Notes: generated by a model from the letters alone, not told the origin. DNA of 64,000 bases from Candidatus Polarisedimenticolaceae bacterium (GCA_036376135.1 DASVAW010000167.1:13811-77810); one strand, 5' to 3'; positions 46,286 to 55,265 are shown, counted from the first letter of the stretch. Translations and numbers: made by a program.

Positions 46286-48361
46286 ATGGCGCAGTGGAGC
46301 CGCGCGGATCGGACGCTGCACGCGAAGCTCGTCTACTACGGGCCCGCGCTCGGCGGGAAAACCACGACCCTTCGCGCGATCCACCGCCTCACCGACCCCG
46401 AGGGGCGGAACCCGCTGCTCTCGCTGGCGACCGCCGACGACCGCACGCTCTTTTTCGACCTGCTCCCCTTCGAGCTCGGATCGATCCTCGGTTATCGCGT
46501 CGCGCTGAAGCTGTACACCGTGCCGGGGCAGGTGCGGTACGACGCGACGCGTCGCGTCGTCCTGGCCGGCGCCGACGCCGTCGTGTTCGTCGCCGACGCC
46601 TCGCCCGGTCGCGCGGCGGACGCGAGGGCCAGCTGGGAAGACCTCCGCCGCAACCTCGGGGCGAACCGCATCGAGGGCGCGGGTTTCCCGATCCTCGTCC
46701 AGGCGAACAAGCAGGACGTGGAAGGCGCCGCGGACGCCGCGGAGGTCGCCGGATGGCTCGACGTCAGGCCGCATGTCGTGCGCGGCACGAGCGCGCGGAC
46801 GGGGGAGGGCGTCCTCGACGTCTTCGTTGCGGCCTCGAAGGCGATGCTCTCGCGCCTCGTTTCCCTCGCCGACGAGCGAACGCGGCGCGAGATCGATCCC
46901 GCGCAGCTCGACCGTCAGGTCGAGGCCGCGTTCGCCCCGTACCGGGGGCGTCCGGGCCCGGCCGCCGACGCGCCGGAGCGACGCTCGACGATCCCGCTGG
47001 ACGAGGCCGACCTGCTGGGAAGCGCGGTCCGCGTGGGAACGCAGCTCGGCGCGGAGCTGGCCGACGCGCGGGCCCGGGGCGCCCGCCTCGAGCGGGAGGC
47101 CGACGCGCTCCGCACGCTCACCGAGATGCTCCGCCGGGTGGACGCGACCTTCGATCGGGACGCGATCGCCGACGGCGCGCTCGCCGCGGCGGGGGCGGTG
47201 CTCGGGGCGGCGCGCGCGGAGGTCTGGAGGCTCGACCCGGAGACGGGCCCGAGGCTCGAGCGATCCTGGGGCGACGGCTCGGAGCGACTCGCAGGACCCG
47301 AGGGCGCGTCCTTCATCCGGGCGCTGCTCGAGGCCGGCTCGACGTGCGCGGCGGACGACCTCGCGTGCGAGACGAAGGGCGCGCTGCCGCGCGCCGCCTT
47401 CGCGTGCGCGCCGGTGGAAGGCCCCGCGCGCCGGCTGCTGGCGGTGCACGTGCCCGCCCCGGAGCGGCGTTTCGACGCGGCGGACCTCCGGTTCCTCTCG
47501 ACGGTGGCCGGGCATCTTGCGGCGGGATTCGACAAGGCCGGCGTGTGGGCGGAGCTCGTGGCCCACCGCGAGCGCCTGGAGGTCGCCGTGGCGGCGCGGA
47601 CGAAGGCGCTGGCGCGCGCCTACGAGGAGCTGCGCTCGCTCGATCGGATGAAGGACCGCTTCCTCTCGAGCGTCTCCCACGAGATGCGCACGCCGCTGAC
47701 GGCGATCGTCTGCTCGGCGAGCTTCCTGCGGGACTACGGGGGAGCTCCCGAGGAGCGGCGCGAGATGGCCGAGAACGTCCTGCGGGGCGCCGGCGCGCTC
47801 GAGCGCCTGCTCGACGGCCTGTTCCGCATCGCGCGTCTCGAGCGCGGGGGCGAGCCGCTGGGCGCGAGCCGTCTGTCCGTGCCCTCCATCGTCGGACGCG
47901 CGATCGAGCTCGCGGGGAATCCCCGGGTCGACGTCGCGCTGGCGGAGGATCTGCCCGCGGTGACCGGGGACCCGGATCTCGCTCCGCGCGCGCTCGCCAA
48001 CCTGCTGGACAACGCCCGCAAGTTCTCGCCGCCGGACTCGTGCATCACCCTCCGCGTGGAGGCGTGCGGACTGCGGATCGGGAAACGCACGGCGGAGGCG
48101 GTGGCGTTCACCGTGCTCGACCGCGGGCCGGGTGTTCCCGAGGCCGATCTCGAGCGGCTGTTCGAGGCCTTCGAGCAGGGAGGGGAGACGCTCACGGCGA
48201 AGCCGGCCGGAGTCGGGCTCGGGCTCTACGAGGCGCGCCTCGCGGCGCGCCGTCACGGCGGGTTGCTGCGCTACACGCCGCGGGCGGGCGGCGGCTCGGA
48301 GTTCCGACTGGTGCTTCCGGCGGCGACCGCGTCCGCGGACCTCGAGGCGGTTCGTGGCTGA
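46286..48361 (+). CDS. MglA-type small GTPase fused to a GAF - HisKA - HATPase_c histidine kinase (691 aa, single ORF)
   Basis: GTPase motifs: G1 GPALGGKTT, switch I DRTLFFDLLPF, MglA-type G3 YTVPGQ, G4 NKQD, G5 TSARTG. Kinase motifs: H-box SHEMRTPLTAI, N-box LLDNARKF, G1 DRGPGV, G2 GVGLGL. There is no stop or frame change between the halves. Confidence 0.85.
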   Translation: MAQWSRADRTLHAKLVYYGPALGGKTTTLRAIHRLTDPEGRNPLLSLATADDRTLFFDLLPFELGSILGYRVALKLYTVPGQVRYDATRRVVLAGADAVVFVADASPGRAADARASWEDLRRNLGANRIEGAGFPILVQANKQDVEGAADAAEVAGWLDVRPHVVRGTSARTGEGVLDVFVAASKAMLSRLVSLADERTRREIDPAQLDRQVEAAFAPYRGRPGPAADAPERRSTIPLDEADLLGSAVRVGTQLGAELADARARGARLEREADALRTLTEMLRRVDATFDRDAIADGALAAAGAVLGAARAEVWRLDPETGPRLERSWGDGSERLAGPEGASFIRALLEAGSTCAADDLACETKGALPRAAFACAPVEGPARRLLAVHVPAPERRFDAADLRFLSTVAGHLAAGFDKAGVWAELVAHRERLEVAVAARTKALARAYEELRSLDRMKDRFLSSVSHEMRTPLTAIVCSASFLRDYGGAPEERREMAENVLRGAGALERLLDGLFRIARLERGGEPLGASRLSVPSIVGRAIELAGNPRVDVALAEDLPAVTGDPDLAPRALANLLDNARKFSPPDSCITLRVEACGLRIGKRTAEAVAFTVLDRGPGVPEADLERLFEAFEQGGETLTAKPAGVGLGLYEARLAARRHGGLLRYTPRAGGGSEFRLVLPAATASADLEAVRG

Positions 48362-48800
48362 GCGCTTCACCGCCTCCCTCGCGATCGCGAGCGATCCGGC
48401 GCAGTTCCGCGACGCGCGGGGATGGCTGTCCGCCCTCGCGAAACGCGCCGGCCTCGACGAAGGCGCCGCGCACGACGTGCTCGTCGCGTTCACGGAGGCG
48501 TGCGCGAACGCCTGCCGGCACGCCTACGGCGGCCGGCGCGACGGCCGGATCGAGATCGACGTACGGCACGAAGGGGGTGCCCTGGAGATTCGCGTGCGCG
48601 ACTTCGGCCGCCGGTTCGATCCCGACGGCGTGCCGGAGCCCGAGTTCGACGACCCGCGCGAGGGCGGCTACGGCGTGTTCCTCATGCGCAATCTGATGGA
48701 CGACGTGCGGTTCGGCGTCGACGGTCCGGGGACGGAGGTCGCCATGATCAAGCGCGCCGCCGTGCCCGCCGCCGTCGCGCGAACGGGGGGAGGTTCCTAG
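48354..48800 (+). CDS. RsbW/SpoIIAB-like anti-sigma regulatory factor (stand-alone HATPase_c Ser kinase)
   Basis: FTEACANACRHAY (N-box), VRDFGRRFDP and GGYGVFLMRNLMD in a 148-aa protein. The GTG start overlaps the upstream gene by 8 nt. Confidence 0.8.
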   Translation: MAERFTASLAIASDPAQFRDARGWLSALAKRAGLDEGAAHDVLVAFTEACANACRHAYGGRRDGRIEIDVRHEGGALEIRVRDFGRRFDPDGVPEPEFDDPREGGYGVFLMRNLMDDVRFGVDGPGTEVAMIKRAAVPAAVARTGGGS

Positions 48801-48803
48801 ATC

Positions 48804-49733
48804 ATGGCGGAACTCGTGAGACGGATCGCGCCGGCGGCGGGGGAGGTCCCCGACCTCGCCGAGTTGTGCCGGATCCACGACCTCGGGCTCGAGCTGATCG
48901 AGTGCTCGGACGACCTCGACCACCTGCTCGATCGGGTCCTCGAGGAGTACGAGCGGCGGCTCGCCGAGCTGCCGGGCGACGCGCTCGACGGGCGCGCGAC
49001 CGAGCGGGGCGCGGACTCGCAGCGCAAGCTGCGCGCGCTGGTGATGTTCGCGACCCAGGCGTCGGCGCTGCGTGCGAAGGCCCTCGCCGCCGACGAGATC
49101 CGGCGTCGAGCCGACGCCGTCGAGGCGGGGAACACGCGCCTCAACGGCGTGCTCGCCGCGCTCCAGACCGGTGTCCTGATCGTGTCGGCGGACGGGATCG
49201 TCCGGAAGGCCAATCGGGCCGCGGCCGCGATGTTGTGCGGGGATCCGGAAGCGACCTGCGAGGGAACGCGCACGCCCGCCTTCCTCGACGACGCGCCGCA
49301 CGACGCGGAGTCCGAGGTGGTGCTCGCGCGGGGGCCGGGCGGGCGCACCGTCCTGCTGGTCGCGCGCCGCTCGCTCGGCCCCGTCGACGCGGACGAGGTC
49401 GTGACGCTCAGCGACGTGACGCGGCGCTACGCCGAGCTGGAGGAACGCCACCGCCTCGAGAAACTCGCCGACCTCCTCCGAACCCTCGGCGTCCTCAGCC
49501 ACAAGATCAACAACCCCCTCACCGCGCTCCTGGGCCGCGCGCAGATCCTCCGCGCCAAGGCGGAGACCGATCCTTCGGTCGCGAAGGCGGCGCAGGTCAT
49601 CGAGGAGTCCGCCATCCGGATCGCGGACCTCATCCGGGAGCTCGCGCGCGTCGTCAAGGAGGGGCGGCAGGAGGCCGTGGACCGCGTCCTCGACATGCAG
49701 CACGGCTCCGAGCCCGACGGAGGACGTCCATGA
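48804..49733 (+). CDS. PAS - DHp (HisKA) protein lacking a catalytic ATP-binding domain
   Basis: PAS-like segment VLAALQTGVLIVSADGIVRKANRAAAAML. H-box LGVLSHKINNPLTALLGRAQIL. The ORF ends about 60 aa after the H-box, with no N/G1/G2 boxes. Confidence 0.75.
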   Translation: MAELVRRIAPAAGEVPDLAELCRIHDLGLELIECSDDLDHLLDRVLEEYERRLAELPGDALDGRATERGADSQRKLRALVMFATQASALRAKALAADEIRRRADAVEAGNTRLNGVLAALQTGVLIVSADGIVRKANRAAAAMLCGDPEATCEGTRTPAFLDDAPHDAESEVVLARGPGGRTVLLVARRSLGPVDADEVVTLSDVTRRYAELEERHRLEKLADLLRTLGVLSHKINNPLTALLGRAQILRAKAETDPSVAKAAQVIEESAIRIADLIRELARVVKEGRQEAVDRVLDMQHGSEPDGGRP

Positions 49734-50095
49734 GAGTGGAACGTCTCGACCGGAGCGGGATCGCCAGCCTTCGGCTGACCGGAGCGGACGCCCTCGACAT
49801 GGCGAACGCCCACGACGTCAAACGCGGATGCCTCGAGGCGGTCGAGGACGGGCTCGACGTCGTCGTCGATCTCTCCGAGGTCGACTTCGTCGACTCGGCG
49901 GGGGTCGGCGTGCTGGTCAGCGTGTACAAGCGCACCCGCCTGCGCGGCCGGCGCGCGGCGTTCGTCGGCGTCCGGCCGGGGGTGCTCGCCGTGCTCGCGA
50001 TCCTGCGCCTCGATCAGATCTTCGAGATCCGCCCCGACGCTCCGGCGGCCCTCCGCTCGATCGCGGTGGGGATCGGCGACCCCGCGGACGTCTGA
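49730..50095 (+). CDS. STAS domain anti-sigma-factor antagonist (RsbV/SpoIIAA-like)
   Basis: VVVDLSEVDFVDSAGVGVLVSVYK contains the conserved phosphorylatable Ser in DSAG. It has an ATGA overlap with the upstream gene. Confidence 0.85.
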   Translation: MRVERLDRSGIASLRLTGADALDMANAHDVKRGCLEAVEDGLDVVVDLSEVDFVDSAGVGVLVSVYKRTRLRGRRAAFVGVRPGVLAVLAILRLDQIFEIRPDAPAALRSIAVGIGDPADV

Positions 50096-50102
50096 TCCGG
50101 CC

Positions 50103-51119
50103 TCAGGCGCCGTCGGCGTCCGCGCGCCGACGGAGGAGGTAGACGGCGACGAACGCGAAGGCGAGGGAGAGCGCGACGTAGGTTCCGGAGGCGGGCGCCG
50201 GGCGACCCGACCCGTCGAGCCACACCGGGGCGGCTCCGAGCAGCAGCACGTTGATCCACGCGTGCACGAGCGCGGGGAGCCAGAGGCTTCGCGAGACGAG
50301 CACCAGCAGGCCGAACAACACGCCCAGCGACGCCGAGAACACGAACCGCTCGAGCGCCTGCTCCCCCCCGGGGGCGAGGACGAAGTGCTCGAGCCCGAAC
50401 ATGAGCGAAGGCGGCAGGAGCGCCGCCCACCGCCGTGCCGCGGGGGAGCGGGCCCCCAGCCGCGGGGCCAGCCGCCCGCATTCCTGCTGCAGCAGTCCCC
50501 GGTAGTAGAGCTCCTCCGCGAACGCGCGCAGGGTCTGTCCCCCGGCGACCCAAAGGCCCAGCGCGTCGAGGCGCGGGCCACGCCAGGCGAATGGGGCGCC
50601 GAGCAGTCGCGGCACGAGCCCGAGCGCGGCGTACGTGGCGCCGACGGCGATCGCGGTCACGACGATCCCCTCGAGGAGCCGTCGGAGCGAGAGGCTCGCG
50701 GCGACCCGGCGGGCGGCGGGAGGCGAGAACGGCCAGAGCAGCGCGCACGACAGCAGCAGTCCGCCCCCGGCGAACGCGCGGTACCACGCGTCGACCATCA
50801 CCGCGGGAGCGAGCTCGGCCGGCACGAATCGATCGAAGACCGGCTGGTAGAGGAAGATCGAGATCCACTTCTCGGTGAGGAGCATCGCGAGCAGAGGGGT
50901 CAGACTTCCCAGCCGAACGCCGGGGCCGGGGCTGGGCCCCCGTCGGCTCTCCCACGACCAGATCAGCAGCACGAAGATCACCGCGGCGAAGAGCAGGCTC
51001 CCGACGGCGGGAGGGGCGTAAGGGGAAGCCGGGGTGTGTTCGTGGAACTGACGGAGCATTCCCGCCGTGAGGAACGTCGCGGCCAGGATCGCCCACGCGA
51101 GGGCGCGCGGGATCCTCAC
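50103..51119 (-). CDS. CPBP family intramembrane glutamic endopeptidase
   Basis: EELYYRG, FGLEH and HAWIN motifs in a polytopic membrane protein. The GTG start overlaps the upstream stop (GTGA). Confidence 0.75.
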   Translation of the reverse strand: MRIPRALAWAILAATFLTAGMLRQFHEHTPASPYAPPAVGSLLFAAVIFVLLIWSWESRRGPSPGPGVRLGSLTPLLAMLLTEKWISIFLYQPVFDRFVPAELAPAVMVDAWYRAFAGGGLLLSCALLWPFSPPAARRVAASLSLRRLLEGIVVTAIAVGATYAALGLVPRLLGAPFAWRGPRLDALGLWVAGGQTLRAFAEELYYRGLLQQECGRLAPRLGARSPAARRWAALLPPSLMFGLEHFVLAPGGEQALERFVFSASLGVLFGLLVLVSRSLWLPALVHAWINVLLLGAAPVWLDGSGRPAPASGTYVALSLAFAFVAVYLLRRRADADGA

Positions 51120-52063
51120 GCGCGGGCCCCTCGAGGCTCCACCGCGACGACGAGACCGCGGGAGGTCGCCAGCCCCCGCGCCATCCGCGGCGTGTTGAAC
51201 GCCGCGGCGGCGCGCCCCGCGCGATCGACGAGGATGAGGCCGGCGTGCCCGTCCACGCGCGGGAGCTCGCGCACGGCCGCGGAAGCGGCGCGCGACGGGA
51301 CGCGCCCGCCGGCGAGCCCGTCCACGGCCGTCTTGGCGAGCACGCAGCGCAGGATCGCCTCCCCCCAGCCCGTGCAGGATGCGGCGCCGAGGCGGTCGTC
51401 CGCCCACGTTCCCGCACCGATGATCGGCGTGTCGCCGACGCGCCCCGGTGCCTTGTCCTGCGTCCCGCCGGTCGAGGTGGCCGCGGCGGATCCGCCGCGT
51501 GCGTCGATCGCGACGGCGCCGACCGTGCCGTGGGGGCGCGCGTGCCGGAACTCGTGCTCGACGAGGTGTCGCTCCCCGCGCCGGATGCGGCGCCAGCGGG
51601 CGAGCTCCCGGCCGACGAGCAGACTGGACGTCCGGCAGGTTTCCGCGCCGTGGGCCTTGGCGAAGCGACGTGCGCCGGCGGCGACGAGCAGGACGTGCGC
51701 GCTGCGCTCGAGGACGAGCCGGGCGACGCTCACGGGGTGCCGAACCCCTTCCACCGCGGCCACCGCGCCGGCGCGTCGGCTCCGCCCCTCCATGATCGAG
51801 GCGTCGAGCTCGAGGCGACCGGCGGCATTCAGGTGAGCGCCGCGGCCTGCGTTGAAGGTCGGGTCGTCCTCCAGGATGCGCACGCATCGCTCGACGACGT
51901 CGAGTGCGTTCGCTCCTTCGAGGAGCAGCGCCCAGCCGGCGCGCAGGGCCCGGTCCACTCCGGCGCGATGGGCCTCCACCTGTCCGTCCGGGATGTTCCA
52001 CGCTCCGCCGTGAACGGCCAACGCGATCGGCACGCCATCCTCGAGCCCGCGTCCCGCCGCCAC
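51116..52063 (-). CDS. Isoaspartyl peptidase / L-asparaginase (Ntn hydrolase); start uncertain (52063 or 52033)
   Basis: LAVHGGAWNIP, the autoprocessing site HGTVGAVAID, and GDTPIIGAGTWAD. The start must lie below tRNA-Sec at 52075. Confidence 0.8.
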   Translation of the reverse strand: MAAGRGLEDGVPIALAVHGGAWNIPDGQVEAHRAGVDRALRAGWALLLEGANALDVVERCVRILEDDPTFNAGRGAHLNAAGRLELDASIMEGRSRRAGAVAAVEGVRHPVSVARLVLERSAHVLLVAAGARRFAKAHGAETCRTSSLLVGRELARWRRIRRGERHLVEHEFRHARPHGTVGAVAIDARGGSAAATSTGGTQDKAPGRVGDTPIIGAGTWADDRLGAASCTGWGEAILRCVLAKTAVDGLAGGRVPSRAASAAVRELPRVDGHAGLILVDRAGRAAAAFNTPRMARGLATSRGLVVAVEPRGARA

Positions 52064-52074
52064 GCCCAGCGGAG

Positions 52075-52171
52075 TGGCGGAAGCGCGTGGGAGTCGAACC
52101 CACCCCGGACGGCGTAACCGCCCGACACAGGTTTTGAAGACCAGGGGGTCCACCGGGACCCGTTCGCTTCC
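52075..52171 (-). tRNA. selC: tRNA-Sec (anticodon UCA), 97 nt including CCA
   Basis: The reverse complement is GGAAGCGAACGGGTCCCGGTGGACCCCCTGGTCTTCAAAACCTG...GGTTCGACTCCCACGCGCTTCCGCCA. The CUUCAAA anticodon loop is identical to E. coli selC. It has a 6-bp D-stem with a 4-nt loop (GGGTCC-CGGT-GGACCC) and a long extra arm. One U-U mismatch is noted in the anticodon stem. Confidence 0.85.
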
Positions 52172-52324
52172 TCCGTGGAGGGGCGCCCAATGTAGAGGGG
52201 AGCCCGTTCGAACGTCAACGAGACGCTTCGCGCGAAGCGCGCTCTGCGGCATCGGCTCAAAAAGGTTACAGCGCCAGGAGCAATCGTGTCGTAGTGTTAC
52301 GCTTCCGCCCCTGAAGGAACCGCG

Positions 52325-54196
52325 GTGTATTACTTTCACATCAAGCCCCTGGGTGGGCTCGAGCGCCGGACGCCGATCCCGCCGGGCGTCTCCTCCATCG
52401 GCCGCCTTCCCGGGAACCAGGTCGTGCTCGACGAATACGGCGTATCCGGCCGCCATGCGGAGCTCGAGGTCGCCGGTCCCGAGGTCCTCATCCGCGACCT
52501 CTCCTCCACCAACGGGTTGTTCGTCAACGGCCGCAGGGTCGAGTCGGCACGACTCCAGCCCGGAGATCGCGTGCTGCTCGGATCGGTTCTCGCCGTGCTT
52601 CAGGAAGCCGTCAGCGATCGCATCCGGATCCGGCAGGACGGCTCGATTCCGGACGGGAACGAGGGAGGACGGGTCGATGGGGAAGGGTTTCCTCCCTCGC
52701 TCCTCGAGAAAGCCTACGTGCCCACCGCGTCGGCCCCGGCCGACGTGCTCGACGCCCCGCCCTCCGGAGGAACGCACGATCCCGAGGTGCTCCTCGCCCT
52801 GCTCCAGGAGATCCTGGTCGACGGCGGCGCGCGAACGTCCGAAGCGCTCTCCCGCGCCCTCGGCGCGGTGGTCCGCCACCTGGGCGCCTCGGAGGGGTAT
52901 CTCGTCGGCGTGAGGGCTCCCGCGGAGTACTACCTGCTCGCGGCGGCCGGAGGGTCGGGCCAGCTCGTGTTGTCGCGGGGCGTGCTCCAGCAGCTCGCCG
53001 AGACGGGCGCCGAGTGTTGCATCGACACCTCGGAGCGCGCCGGCGAAGGGTGCATCGCACTTCCCCTCCGGGTCCGCGGGCGGGCGGGCGGGGCGCTCTA
53101 CTTCCAGGTTCCCGTCGAATCGATGCGTGCGGCGCGCCAGAAGGTCGGCTCGATGCGCCCCGTCACGGCCGCCCTCGCGCTCCTCGTGGAGCGCGCCGAG
53201 GCCCAGTCGGATCTGCTGCGGACGCGCCTGGCGCTGGCCGCGGGGGTGGAGTGGCCCGCCCACGCGGAGGGGTTCCGGGCGACGTCCTACGACCTCGTCG
53301 CCCGGAGCGCCGCGATGCGCGAGGCGGCGGACCGGCTCGAGCGGCTTGCTTCGGAGCCGGGACCCGTCGTGCTGCGCGGCGAGACGGGGGTCGGCAAGGC
53401 GCGTGCGGCGCGCCGGCTGCACGCGCTGTCTCCGCGGCGGCGCGCGCCCTTCCTCCTCGTGGGGTGTGGAATCGCGCCGGAGGAGGAAGAGCGGAGCGCC
53501 CTGTTCGGCTCGCGAGACGACCTCGCGGGGGATGGGGGACGGGGCAGGCTGGACCTCGCCGACGGCGGGACGGTCTACTTCGACGAAATTTCGGAGCTCG
53601 GGCGCCCGTCGCAGAGTGCCCTCGCCGTCTTCCTTCGGTCCGCTCCGCGCGTGGGCGTCGTGCTCGGCACGCGCCACGCCGAAGGGACGCCGATTCCCGG
53701 GATCGACCCTTCCCTGGCCGAGATCCTGGAGCAGCTCGCGGTCGTGCCGATCCCCGCCCTGCGCGATCGCAAGGACGACGTCATCGCGCTTGCGCAGGAG
53801 TTCGCACGCTCGGAAGGTGCGGCGGCCCGGAAGCGCATCCTGGGTCTGTCGATGGACGCGTGCCGCGCGCTGAGGGATTACCCCTGGCCCGGCAACGTTC
53901 TCGAGCTCAAGAGCGTCGTCGGGAGGGCGGTGCTCGTCGCCCGCGACTCGATCCTGGACGTGGACCTCTTCCCCTTCGACATCGCAGGCGGGAGGATCGA
54001 CCTTCCGGGCCTCGACGCCCTCGGGCTCGCCCGCGAGAGGAGTTGGCGCGAGGCCAAGCTAGCCTTCGAGCGCGTCTACTTCTCGGAAGTGCTCGAATCC
54101 AACGACGGGAACGTCGCGAAGTCGGCGCGCCGGGCCGGGATCGCGCGGAAGAACTTCTACTACAAGCTCCGGCAGCACGGGCTCGTCCCGAAGTGA
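52325..54196 (+). CDS. FHA - GAF-like - AAA+ (bEBP-type) - Fis HTH regulator with a degenerate GAFTGA loop
   Basis: FHA motifs are GRLPGNQVVLDEYGVSGRHAEL...STNGLFVNG. Walker A GETGVGKA, Walker B GGTVYFDEI, WPGNVLELK and the HTH NVAKSARRAGIARKNFYYKLRQHG are present. GAFTGA is replaced by DDLAGD. Confidence 0.8.
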   Translation: MYYFHIKPLGGLERRTPIPPGVSSIGRLPGNQVVLDEYGVSGRHAELEVAGPEVLIRDLSSTNGLFVNGRRVESARLQPGDRVLLGSVLAVLQEAVSDRIRIRQDGSIPDGNEGGRVDGEGFPPSLLEKAYVPTASAPADVLDAPPSGGTHDPEVLLALLQEILVDGGARTSEALSRALGAVVRHLGASEGYLVGVRAPAEYYLLAAAGGSGQLVLSRGVLQQLAETGAECCIDTSERAGEGCIALPLRVRGRAGGALYFQVPVESMRAARQKVGSMRPVTAALALLVERAEAQSDLLRTRLALAAGVEWPAHAEGFRATSYDLVARSAAMREAADRLERLASEPGPVVLRGETGVGKARAARRLHALSPRRRAPFLLVGCGIAPEEEERSALFGSRDDLAGDGGRGRLDLADGGTVYFDEISELGRPSQSALAVFLRSAPRVGVVLGTRHAEGTPIPGIDPSLAEILEQLAVVPIPALRDRKDDVIALAQEFARSEGAAARKRILGLSMDACRALRDYPWPGNVLELKSVVGRAVLVARDSILDVDLFPFDIAGGRIDLPGLDALGLARERSWREAKLAFERVYFSEVLESNDGNVAKSARRAGIARKNFYYKLRQHGLVPK

Positions 54197-55221
54197 CCGG
54201 GCGAATCGGCGACGAGGCCCGCGAGCGGATCCTGCGCGCGCAGGAGCTCCCGCCGGGGTCGATCGTCGCCGGCCGGTTCCGGATCGAGTCGCCGTTGGGG
54301 ATGGGCGGCGGCGGCGAGGTTCACGTCGCCGCCGATCTCGAGACCGGCGCCCGGGTGGCCTTGAAGCTCCTCGCCCCCGGAGCCGCCCGATGCAGGGACG
54401 AGGCCTTCGAGCGCGAGCCGCGGCTCGCGCTGCGGCTCGACCATCGCGGCCTCGCGCGAACGCTCGCGCTGGGGGAGTTCGAAGGTCGTGCGTGGCTCGC
54501 CACGGAGCTCGTGGAGGGGGAGACGCTCGCCGCCCGCCTGCGGCGCGGCGCGCTCCCGGCGAAGGACGCCGCGCGGACGCTGCTCGAGCTCCTCGACGCG
54601 CTCGACTACCTTCACGCGGCGGGAGTGGTCCATCGCGACGTGAAACCGGGGAACGTGGTCTTGTCACCCTCGGGGGCGAAGATCCTCGACTACGGGCTCG
54701 CACGCCGCATGGGCGTTCCGTCGCCCGCCACGGGCGAGGTGTGGGGCACCGCCGAGTACCTCTCGCCCGAGCAGGTTCGCGGAGAGGCGGGGGACCACCG
54801 CGCGGACCTCTACGCCGCGTCGGTCGTGCTCTGGGAGCTGCTGACCGGCGAGCCTCCCTTCCGAGCGGCGACGCCGCTCGAGACCGCGCGGGAGCGCGCG
54901 CGCCGCGGCCCTCGACCGCCGCCCACCGCCGACCCCGACACGGCTGCGCTCCTCGCGGTCGCCGTCCGGGGCCTCGCCCCCTCTCCCGAGGACCGCTTCC
55001 CGTCGGCCCGGGCCATGGCCGAGGCGATTCGCCTCGCCCCTGGCGGGCCCTCCGCGCGTCGGGATCTCCGGCGCGCCCTCCGCGACGACGCCGACCGCCT
55101 CGCGGGACGCGCGCCGCGCGCGGAGCGGCTGCTTCGCGTCGTGTTGCCGCTCGCGGTCGCCGCGGCGATCACGCTCGCGGGCCTAGCGACCTGGTGGGTG
55201 AAGACGCGGTCGCTTCCTTGA
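54193..55221 (+). CDS. Hanks-type Ser/Thr protein kinase, C-terminally tail-anchored
   Basis: VALKLL, HRDVKPGN, DYG and SPE motifs. A single TM helix sits at the extreme C-terminus (VVLPLAVAAAITLAGLATWW). It has a GTGA overlap with the FHA regulator. Confidence 0.8.
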   Translation: MTGRIGDEARERILRAQELPPGSIVAGRFRIESPLGMGGGGEVHVAADLETGARVALKLLAPGAARCRDEAFEREPRLALRLDHRGLARTLALGEFEGRAWLATELVEGETLAARLRRGALPAKDAARTLLELLDALDYLHAAGVVHRDVKPGNVVLSPSGAKILDYGLARRMGVPSPATGEVWGTAEYLSPEQVRGEAGDHRADLYAASVVLWELLTGEPPFRAATPLETARERARRGPRPPPTADPDTAALLAVAVRGLAPSPEDRFPSARAMAEAIRLAPGGPSARRDLRRALRDDADRLAGRAPRAERLLRVVLPLAVAAAITLAGLATWWVKTRSLP

Positions 55222-55265
55222 CGCTTTCGGGGGGCGGGTGGCAGAATGCGCGGGCTTTTCGCCTT

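Noticed and set aside
52172-55265. The segment bounded by tRNA-Sec and tRNA-Ala, considered as an integrated mobile element. The surroundings of tRNA-Leu at 25337-25421 were considered in the same way.
   Set aside because: There is no integrase, recombinase or transposase. I could see no duplicated tRNA 3' fragment. The codon usage is native-like.
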